DNA from: an uncultured Burkholderiaceae bacterium | GTDB taxonomy: Bacteria > Pseudomonadota > Gammaproteobacteria > Burkholderiales > Burkholderiaceae_D | Assembly: GCA_964465175.1 (NCBI GenBank) | Contig: CAYXJI010000003.1 | Coordinates: 1 to 33,988 of the forward strand | Length of the DNA: 33,988 bases | Direction of reading: 5' to 3' | In this document: positions 26,991 to 33,988 of the stretch, one piece after another | Numbering within the stretch: position 1 is the first letter of the stretch | Layout: each line of letters opens with the position of its first letter | The notes under the pieces: model-generated | What the model saw: the letters and a program-made list of their open reading frames with translations, nothing else | Told to the model about the DNA's origin: nothing | Database searches by the model: none | Made by a program: the position numbers and the translations under genes

Positions 26991-27087
26991 AATAGCGCAC
27001 TATGAGCAACGTAGCGTAGCAAAAATACCGAAAATGCGCCGTCAGCACGCCAATAGCACCGCAGGTGCATCGCATGGAGAATCTGGG
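26991..27087 (-). repeat. Dispersed intergenic repeat (copy 3), inverted relative to copy 2
   Basis: Reverse complement reads CCCAGATTCTCCATGCGATGCACCTGCGGTGCTATTGGCGTGCTGACGGCGCATTTTCGGTATTTTTGCTA...; flanked by TA at 27089-27090. Confidence 0.85.
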
Positions 27088-27103
27088 GTAAATGTCCCCA
27101 TAG

Positions 27104-27152
27104 TCCGTCCCCAATTCCCCCCAATTGATCCCAGTACAGATGCTTTTATCCC
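27104..27152 (+). promoter_or_regulatory. Phased RTCCC direct repeats upstream of the kinase operon (putative LytTR operator)
   Basis: GTCCC 27107, ATCCC 27128, ATCCC 27148 (21/20-bp spacing); ATTGATCCCAG is identical to the copy at 30351. Confidence 0.6.
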
Positions 27153-27202
27153 TGAGTCGTGGCAAGCTGTCACTTTCATTGATTGCCTAATTTTCGACTC
27201 CT

Positions 27203-28342
27203 ATGCTTGCTAGCTTTGACCGTGCTACTTCGACGTCTGTGCCCGCAATCGGCGGCGCTACCCAGCGCTTATGGCCTTCGATTTTTGCTGTCTGGTTGCT
27301 GTGGACGATCCTGCTATTTTTGGCGACGTTTGCCAATCTCTATGACCTGCATCATGTCGGTGTGCCGGTCAATATTCCCCGTCAGTTGTCCAAGTTTTTT
27401 GTAATTCTATTGCCCTGGCCTTTGCTCAGTACCGGTTTGATGTTGGTTTTTTCGCGCCAGCGCGCAAGCATTCGATGGCAGCAGGCATGGAAGATTTTTC
27501 TGGTTCTGATGTTGGTGTTTTTGCCCTTGCACATCATTTATGAACATGCCTACTTTGTGTATCGCAGCCATCAGCACAGACCTAGCTGGGGAGAAATAAT
27601 GCAAAAGATCTCGCCCTTGCAAATTTGGGTTGATGCGATGATTCTCTTATTTACGTTTTCTGCGCATTTGGCTTTCAGTTATTGGCATCAAAGTCGCCAA
27701 CAATGGTTGATGACCAGTCAATCTCGACAAGAGATATTGGCCTTGAAGTTGCTGCAACTACGTTCTCACCTTGAACCTTATTTTTTGTTCAGCTCGCTTG
27801 AGGGAATCGAAAATCTGTTGATCAACGCCGAAGGTCCGATGGCAACACGCGCCTTGGCACGATTGAGTGATTTGTTGCGCTATGTTTTAGCGTCTGCGCA
27901 AGAGACCGAGCTGAGTATCGCTAGCGAAATCGGCTTTTTAAAAGATTATGTGAGCTTGCAAAATTTACGCTTTGCCAACCGTTTGCAATTAACTTGGGAA
28001 TTAGAGGAAAGAGATTGGTCGGCACATCACATCCCGCCTTTATTGCTGTATCCCCTATTTGATTATGCGGTACGTCATATGCAAACGACCTTGCAACATG
28101 CGAGTGGACAGTTGCGAATTCAGGCGGGTATCGTGCAGCAGGTCTTGCACCTCAGACTAGATTTTAGTGGTGATACCGAATTAGCCCCAGTCATAACCGA
28201 AGAAATACAAGCAGCGCAGCAGCGCATCGCTTTATTGCGGGGCGAAGAGGCGGCGATTCGCTTTATTGATCACGCAGGTTCTGCAAACTTTACGCATGGT
28301 ATCGCCTTAGATTTTCCCTTGACGGAGTTGAGTGATGCGTAG
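27203..28342 (+). CDS. LytS-family histidine kinase homologue with degenerate H- and N-boxes (putative pseudokinase)
   Basis: N-terminal TM helices, then the LytS scaffold (LARLSDLLRYVL, EIGFLKDYVSLQNLRF, IPPLLL), but the H-box reads LEPYFLFSSL and the N-box reads PLFDYAVRH. Confidence 0.85.
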   Translation: MLASFDRATSTSVPAIGGATQRLWPSIFAVWLLWTILLFLATFANLYDLHHVGVPVNIPRQLSKFFVILLPWPLLSTGLMLVFSRQRASIRWQQAWKIFLVLMLVFLPLHIIYEHAYFVYRSHQHRPSWGEIMQKISPLQIWVDAMILLFTFSAHLAFSYWHQSRQQWLMTSQSRQEILALKLLQLRSHLEPYFLFSSLEGIENLLINAEGPMATRALARLSDLLRYVLASAQETELSIASEIGFLKDYVSLQNLRFANRLQLTWELEERDWSAHHIPPLLLYPLFDYAVRHMQTTLQHASGQLRIQAGIVQQVLHLRLDFSGDTELAPVITEEIQAAQQRIALLRGEEAAIRFIDHAGSANFTHGIALDFPLTELSDA

Positions 28343-29456
28343 CGATAATCAAACTTTTCCCAAGCGCGAAACTGGCAGTTACCAAGCCTTGATGGTGATC
28401 TGTGCACTGTCATTTAGTCTGTGGACTTGCATTGCACTATTTCATGTGCTTGCCGTGTTTTTAGACGCAGAGACCAAAGATTTGACGCAATCTAAAGCGT
28501 CCATCCTGATGCAATACTGGCTGATTTTTTTTCCGCTGTCTTTGGGGAATTGCTTACTGGCCGTCGCCATATGGCGTCGGCCCGAGCAGATGCTCAAGCC
28601 GCGTTATATGATACTCAGCGCCTTGCTACTGGTCGTTTTGGGATTGCCCCTCATCACCGCTAATAAGGTGATGATTACATTGCTATTCGCGGATAAACCA
28701 CTGACACTTTTTTTGCCGGAGTTAGCAAAGACTTCCGCCTTTGTGTTGTGGATAGACTTATTTTTGATTTTACTTTCCTACTTCTTGCAAGCGGGTTTCG
28801 CTGCTTGGCAGCGCACGGTAGCACGTGAATTGGAATGGATCTCGACGCAAAATGAGAGCATGGAATTGCGCCTGCAACTCTTACAAGGACAGCTTAAACC
28901 GCATTTCTTATTTAATGCGCTCAATAGCATCAGCGCATTGGTGCGTGGCGCGGATCGGCAATTAGCGGCTGCCGCTTTAAGACAGCTCAATGCCTTGCTG
29001 CGCTATGTGCTCGATTCGAGTAAGCATGAATGGGTCAGCGTTGACGATGAGTTGCAATTTGTGCGCGATTATTTGAACATGCAATTATTGCGCTTTGGCG
29101 ACCGCATGCAGATTGTTTGGGAGGTCGAAGACTGCCATTGGCAGGAGATTCCTTGCCCGCCTTTATTGCTACAACCTTCGGTAGAAAATGCCATACATCA
29201 CGGCGTCGAAACGCATCATGAGCAATGCCGAATTCAAATAGAACTCTTTAGGGAAGACGGTCAGGCCATTTTTCGTATTCGCAATGCGGTGTTCGCATCC
29301 ACCAAAACGCGCGATGGACATGGATTGGGCATCACATCGACACGCGAGCGATTGCAGATACTGTACCAAGGGAAAGCTAGTTTAGCCACGACCCAGACAG
29401 AACGTGAATTTATCGCTGAGATCAGTATTCCTCAGCAGACCCTAGGTACTTCTTAA
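28335..29456 (+). CDS. LytS/YehU-family sensor histidine kinase (motifs intact)
   Basis: QLKPHFLFNALNSI, QPSVENAIHHG, GHGLGITSTRERL; ATG at 28335 with GGAG RBS overlaps the upstream gene by 8 nt. Confidence 0.92.
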   Translation: MRSDNQTFPKRETGSYQALMVICALSFSLWTCIALFHVLAVFLDAETKDLTQSKASILMQYWLIFFPLSLGNCLLAVAIWRRPEQMLKPRYMILSALLLVVLGLPLITANKVMITLLFADKPLTLFLPELAKTSAFVLWIDLFLILLSYFLQAGFAAWQRTVARELEWISTQNESMELRLQLLQGQLKPHFLFNALNSISALVRGADRQLAAAALRQLNALLRYVLDSSKHEWVSVDDELQFVRDYLNMQLLRFGDRMQIVWEVEDCHWQEIPCPPLLLQPSVENAIHHGVETHHEQCRIQIELFREDGQAIFRIRNAVFASTKTRDGHGLGITSTRERLQILYQGKASLATTQTEREFIAEISIPQQTLGTS

Positions 29457-29469
29457 ATTAAAAGCAAAA

Positions 29470-30258
29470 ATGGACAAGCAAAAATATAAAGTTATGATGG
29501 TCGATGACGAGTTACCGGCACTGACCAATATGCAATACGCTCTAGCCGATCATGCAGATTGGATGCTAGTTGCCAGCTGTCACTCTACCGCGCAAGCACG
29601 TTTAATTCTGCAAAACGAAACCATCGACCTAGTGCTATTAGATATCGAGATGCCGACGCAATCCGGCTTAGATTTTGCACGTGAATTGATCCAATATCCA
29701 CAGCCGCCTTTAATCGTCTTTATCACGGCATACAACAAACACGCGGTCAGCGCCTTTGAAATTTTTGCGCTCGATTATTTGCTCAAACCTTTTGATGACG
29801 AACGCTTTGCCGCCATGTTGGCACGCGCTAGGCTGTCGCTACAGACCAAACAGCAGTTGGCACAAAGCGCTGTCATGCAAGACTATTTCCTAGAAAAAGA
29901 CGCCGAGAAATCGGGTGCAAGCACCCCCTACTTAAGCCATGTCGCGGTGCGTTCTGTCGGTAAGATAGAGCGTATTGATATCCATCAAATCATTTGGTTA
30001 AGTGCGGCAGCGAATTATGTGGAATTGCATTTAGTGGATCGCGTGATCTTGCATAGAACCACCATTTCATCGATGGAACAGCGCCTGCCGACTTCCCAGT
30101 TCTTGCGCTTGCACCGAACGGCGCTAGTTCGTATTGATGCGATGCGCAGTGTAGAGCTCGCTCACGATGGCGCCTATGCTGTGATCTTGACCAATGGCGA
30201 TACCGTCAAGGTAAGCGATAGTCATATCAAAAAGGTCAAGCAAATATTAGCGCGATAA
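29470..30258 (+). CDS. LytTR-family response regulator
   Basis: VDDE, LLDIEMP, FITAY..HAVSAF...ALDYLLKP, AAANYVELH, FLRLHRT. Confidence 0.95.
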   Translation: MDKQKYKVMMVDDELPALTNMQYALADHADWMLVASCHSTAQARLILQNETIDLVLLDIEMPTQSGLDFARELIQYPQPPLIVFITAYNKHAVSAFEIFALDYLLKPFDDERFAAMLARARLSLQTKQQLAQSAVMQDYFLEKDAEKSGASTPYLSHVAVRSVGKIERIDIHQIIWLSAAANYVELHLVDRVILHRTTISSMEQRLPTSQFLRLHRTALVRIDAMRSVELAHDGAYAVILTNGDTVKVSDSHIKKVKQILAR

Positions 30259-30330
30259 GGACGCTTCATCGCGCGCACTACAATTATTTCGCGATACGCC
30301 TGCGTGCAAAAACACCACAACGACTCCCAT

Positions 30331-30400
30331 TTCATCCCCGCCTTGTTTGCATTGATCCCAGCACGAAAAAAGCGATCCCAAAGTTTTTGATGTTTATCCC
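30331..30400 (+). promoter_or_regulatory. Four phased ATCCC direct repeats upstream of the sORF/TonB receptor (putative LytTR operator)
   Basis: TTCATCCC, TTGATCCC, GCGATCCC and TTTATCCC with ATCCC at 30334, 30355, 30375 and 30396 (21/20/21-bp spacing). Confidence 0.7.
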
Positions 30401-30548
30401 GCCAAGCTAGCGAGCCGAAAAATCCTATGCCAAAGTCCTCTCCGCTGGACGACTTTGTCGATGGCTATTTGAAACAAGCCGCAGTGAAAACCGCGTCATG
30501 GTTCAAATCGCAGAAACCAGTTCGATTCATTTTTTGGAGGACATAGAT

Positions 30549-30740
30549 ATGTACAAAAAAAGACGTAGCGGCGAATTAGAGCGGGTTTCTTTTCAATCTC
30601 AATCAGAAAGCATGTTTGGGCGAAATTTATCTTCCAAAAAACGCAGTACCAAGGCGAACGATTTGCAGCATCAGCCTTTACTTCTAGCCTTACTCAATAA
30701 AACTTCTCAGGAATCACCCGCGTCAATCACGCACCGATAA
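30549..30740 (+). CDS. Putative 63-aa basic small protein/leader peptide
   Basis: GGAGG at 30536-30540, 8 nt before ATG 30549; MYKKRRSGELERVSF...PASITHR; ends 38 bp before the receptor start. No recognisable family. Confidence 0.45.
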   Translation: MYKKRRSGELERVSFQSQSESMFGRNLSSKKRSTKANDLQHQPLLLALLNKTSQESPASITHR

Positions 30741-30778
30741 CACAACAACGACGCAGTAACAGTACATCAAGGAAAAAT

Positions 30779-33700
30779 ATGCAGAACCAGACTCAAAAAT
30801 TTAAAAAGACCTTAGTAGCGCATGCCTTAGTGATGGCATTTGGGGTCACATTGACCACGCTAGCGGGCATGCAAGTCGCCTATGCGCAATCGAATGCCAG
30901 CGGTACCATCTATGGCAAAGTCGATGCCGCTGCAGGCGCGTCTATCACCTTGCAAAACACGGACACAGGCTTAAAACGCCTGATCACTGTCGATGCGGAA
31001 GGTCGCTACACGGCAACCGCTTTGCCACCCGGCCATTACAAAGTCGACTTGATCAGGGATGGTAAAGTCGCCAAGACTCAAGAGCTTGATATCATCATTG
31101 GCCAAGGTGTTGAAGCATCCTTTTTAAGCAGCGCGACGCAAACCGTGACCGTGTCTGCGGTGCGTTCTAGAATCGACGTTTCTAACACCAATAATGGAGC
31201 GATTTTTACTGCCAAAGATTTGGCGCGCCTCCCTATCCAAAACAATCTAACAGCGATCGCTTTATTGGCGCCCAACACCACCAAAGGGGATGCTGCGTAC
31301 GGCAATGTTGCCAGCTTCGGCGGTGGCGGTGTCTCCGAAAACTCTTACTACGTGAATGGTTTTCCAGTCACCAATCCTTTGTCGCAAACCGGTTCAACCT
31401 CTTTGCCTTGGGGCGCGGTGCAACAAACCTCGGTCATCACCGGTGGCTTCGGTGTGGAGTTTGGTCGTTCGATTGGTGGTGTGATGAATATGACGACCAA
31501 GAACGGTACCAATAATTGGGAAGCCGGTGCGACTTTTAGTATCAGTCCTAATTCTTTGCGCGCAAAACGTGCAGATATTTATTACCCCTATAACGGCACT
31601 GTCACCGCACCGGATGGAAAAATTCGTTTTCGTACCTCCTCACGTGAAGATAGTGTCAAGCAATATGGCCTGACTTTGGGTGGCCCACTCATTGCGGATA
31701 AATTATTTGTGTTCGGCGCGGTAGAGAAAGTCGATAGCTACACCGGACAAGTCAACGGCGATTTGGTTGCCAGCAATTCTTTGAAAGACAATGGCTGGGC
31801 AAAAACCAATACCGAAACGCTGCGTTATTTGACCAAAATTGACTGGAACATTACCGATGATCATCGTCTGGAATTGACTTCTATAGGTGATCGCACCAAA
31901 TCGGTGGTGGGGACTTATGGCTACGACAAAGTCAGTGATACGCATAACAATGTCAAGTTCACCGAAACGGCAGCAACCAATCCTGCCGCACTCGGCGCCG
32001 GTGCACAGACCAATATGCTGAAGTACACGGGGCAATTGACGCAGGATTTAACCTTGACCGCGATGGGTGGCCGCTTGAAAGCACCGCGTGGAGTAACGTA
32101 TTTCGGTACAGACCCTAACGGGAGCAGCATCCATACTGTGACTTCCACCGTCGATGGACGCCAGCCTGATCTAAATAAACTCGGCTTGTACAACGTCAAT
32201 GCAAATCGCTACGGCGGTAATTTGAGTCGCCCTGGTGAAGACAAGTTAGATTCTTTGCGTCTCGATCTCGAATACAAAATCGGCGCGCATACCTTGCGTG
32301 CGGGTCTGGATCGCAATGCGATTGAATCGGGCATGGCGGGCGTGAAGAGTTCAGGCAATGGTACCTGGACTTACCTCAAAGTGGATGGCGACCCGACCAA
32401 ACCAGCTGAAGTCTCGAATGGTCGTCAAGCGATTGTGGCCAATTATGGCGGCTATGGCACACAGGGCTACTATGTCAATGAATTCATTTTTGATAGTTTG
32501 ACTTCAGCCAAAGCCACACAGTCTGCGCAATATCTGGAAGATCGTTATCAAGCCACAAAAAATCTCTTGATCGTTGCTGGTTTGCGTAATGATCAGTACA
32601 GCAATTCCAATGGTGATGGCGAAAAATTCATCAACATGAAAAACCAGTTGGCGCCGCGTTTGTCAGCATCGTGGGACGTCAACGGTGATTCAAGTTTGAA
32701 AGTATTTGGTAGCGCCGGTCGTTACTATTTGCAATTGCCAACGCAAGTAGCAGCCCGCGCTGCGAGCCGTTCTACCTTTATGAACCAAGATTTCACTTAC
32801 ACCGGCATCGATAGCAATGGTCAGCCTACCGGTTTGAAAGCGATTAACGTCGCCTCATCCCCAGACGGAGAATCCGGTACACGCAAAGATCCGCGCTCGA
32901 TTGCATCGCGTGATCTCAAGCCGAATTTCCAAGATGAAATGACTTTAGGTTTTGAAAAGGCAGTGAGCCCAAGTTTGAATTTGGGCTTGAAATTCACCTA
33001 CCGTAGTCTTGGCGCGGGGATTGATGATACTTGCGACACCCGTTTGATTGCTGACTACTCCAAAAAAGCCGGTCTCAAGCAAGACGGCGCACCGCGCGAT
33101 TACCTATCATGCTGGATTTTTAATCCGGGCGAAGCATCGACGATTTGGGTCGAAAGCCATAATGATCAAGGCGATGCGACAGGTAACGGTCGTTGGGTGA
33201 CTTTCAGTGCAAAAGAAATGGGCTATCCAAAAGCTGAGCGCAAATATGCGGCGATCGATATGTTTGCTGAACATCCCTTCAGCAATTCCTGGTACGGTAA
33301 ATTCAACTACACCTGGTCGCGCAGCAAAGGCAATATGGAAGGTCAAACCAATTCGGACACTGGTCAGCTCGATGTTGCCGTCACGTCCAATTGGGATTTT
33401 CCTGAGTTTATGACTTTCGCCAATGGGGTGTTGCCAAACGATCGTACCCACCAAGTCAAAGCATTTGGTTTCTATGAGTTGAATTCTGAATGGAGTCTCG
33501 CTGCGAATCTCTTGCTGCAATCCGGTCGTCCTAAAACATGCCGTGGTACCGATCTGGTGTCCGAGCACGGCGAAAATCCGAACTACCCTATTGGTGCAGA
33601 ATGGGGTGGCCCGGGTTACGGTTCAGCCTATAGCTTTTGCGACGGCAAACCAGCACCACGTGGTTCTTTAGGACGGATGCCAACTGAAAAGCGTTTAGAC

Positions 33701-33907
33701 CTGAGCCTGATCTACAAGCCGCAGCAATTGCAGGGTATGGTATTTGGTGTTGATTTGTTCAATGTCCTGAATGATCAATCTGCCTTAACCCGCAACGAGA
33801 CCTATGGTAGCTCGAACGCTAAATTAGGCTCCACGTATGGCGGTGTGCGTCAGTATGCTGATCCATTGACCGTCAAATTGCGCGTGGAATATAACAAGAA
33901 GTTTTAA
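30779..33907 (+). CDS. Oar-like TonB-dependent receptor with N-terminal carboxypeptidase-regulatory-like domain
   Basis: Signal peptide ending AYA-Q, G.I.G...GASITLQNTDTG..R....GRY...LPPG.Y, plug ENSYYVNG..VT, FGRSIGGVMN.TTKNGTN, APRLSASWD, terminal F. Confidence 0.92.
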   Translation: MQNQTQKFKKTLVAHALVMAFGVTLTTLAGMQVAYAQSNASGTIYGKVDAAAGASITLQNTDTGLKRLITVDAEGRYTATALPPGHYKVDLIRDGKVAKTQELDIIIGQGVEASFLSSATQTVTVSAVRSRIDVSNTNNGAIFTAKDLARLPIQNNLTAIALLAPNTTKGDAAYGNVASFGGGGVSENSYYVNGFPVTNPLSQTGSTSLPWGAVQQTSVITGGFGVEFGRSIGGVMNMTTKNGTNNWEAGATFSISPNSLRAKRADIYYPYNGTVTAPDGKIRFRTSSREDSVKQYGLTLGGPLIADKLFVFGAVEKVDSYTGQVNGDLVASNSLKDNGWAKTNTETLRYLTKIDWNITDDHRLELTSIGDRTKSVVGTYGYDKVSDTHNNVKFTETAATNPAALGAGAQTNMLKYTGQLTQDLTLTAMGGRLKAPRGVTYFGTDPNGSSIHTVTSTVDGRQPDLNKLGLYNVNANRYGGNLSRPGEDKLDSLRLDLEYKIGAHTLRAGLDRNAIESGMAGVKSSGNGTWTYLKVDGDPTKPAEVSNGRQAIVANYGGYGTQGYYVNEFIFDSLTSAKATQSAQYLEDRYQATKNLLIVAGLRNDQYSNSNGDGEKFINMKNQLAPRLSASWDVNGDSSLKVFGSAGRYYLQLPTQVAARAASRSTFMNQDFTYTGIDSNGQPTGLKAINVASSPDGESGTRKDPRSIASRDLKPNFQDEMTLGFEKAVSPSLNLGLKFTYRSLGAGIDDTCDTRLIADYSKKAGLKQDGAPRDYLSCWIFNPGEASTIWVESHNDQGDATGNGRWVTFSAKEMGYPKAERKYAAIDMFAEHPFSNSWYGKFNYTWSRSKGNMEGQTNSDTGQLDVAVTSNWDFPEFMTFANGVLPNDRTHQVKAFGFYELNSEWSLAANLLLQSGRPKTCRGTDLVSEHGENPNYPIGAEWGGPGYGSAYSFCDGKPAPRGSLGRMPTEKRLDLSLIYKPQQLQGMVFGVDLFNVLNDQSALTRNETYGSSNAKLGSTYGGVRQYADPLTVKLRVEYNKKF

Positions 33908-33956
33908 ACGGGCTTAATTTAACTTGAGATAGCTGTAGATTTCGGCTGTAATTTTG

Positions 33957-33988
33957 GAGCTGTTTGCACTTAGTGCGAACAGCTCTTT
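33957..33988 (+). terminator. Rho-independent terminator after the TonB-dependent receptor
   Basis: Stem GAGCTGTTTGCAC / GTGCGAACAGCTC (one G-U pair), TTA loop, then TTT at the window edge. Confidence 0.75.

Noticed and set aside
26909-27124. 71-aa minus-strand ORF over repeat copy 3
   Set aside because: The frame is not preserved in copy 2 (indel), and it overlaps the putative promoter repeats.
30437-30540. Riboswitch in the TonB receptor leader (weak GAAA-capped hairpin near 30481-30494)
   Set aside because: I could not match cobalamin, c-di-GMP or TPP consensus elements by eye; an Rfam/Infernal scan would be needed.
1-33988. CRISPR array, tRNA/rRNA, integrase, prophage or anti-phage defence genes
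   Set aside because: No regularly spaced repeat-spacer array, RNA gene signature or such protein motif was seen; the 20-21-bp phased repeats are too short and too degenerate for CRISPR.

Overview
Chromosomal accessory-type region. The gene families and codon style suggest a betaproteobacterium, probably Oxalobacteraceae/Undibacterium-like (inference, not database-verified). Left to right: (1) an AT-rich secreted TraB/GumN (Tiki-like) gene that runs off the left edge and is absent from the ORF track; (2) a Y1/RAYT-type transposase remnant; (3) a LysR-controlled six-gene redox/thiol cluster (AhpD-like, YHS, glutaredoxin, DoxX, PNPOx-like/ferredoxin-reductase fusion, DUF1348), with a truncated MerR just after the LysR gene; (4) an esterase; (5) a LytS/LytTR pair converging on an ABC ATPase plus a permease-M1 peptidase fusion whose catalytic residues are replaced; (6) an NHL-repeat/M23-like protein, a PepX-like S15 peptidase, an NTF2-like protein, a GNAT and a periplasmic-sensor diguanylate cyclase; (7) an Mpo1/DUF962 plus sterol-desaturase-family pair; (8) modABC-modE with a ModE box; (9) a pseudokinase + kinase + LytTR + small ORF + Oar-like TonB-dependent receptor locus with shared phased ATCCC repeats. 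Non-coding structure includes two GTAG-REP doublets and a three-copy repeat family, two copies of which bracket the mod operon in inverted orientation. The best candidates for undescribed systems are the two LytTR modules built around apparently dead enzymes (pseudokinase and pseudo-M1 peptidase). No rRNA, tRNA or CRISPR array was seen.
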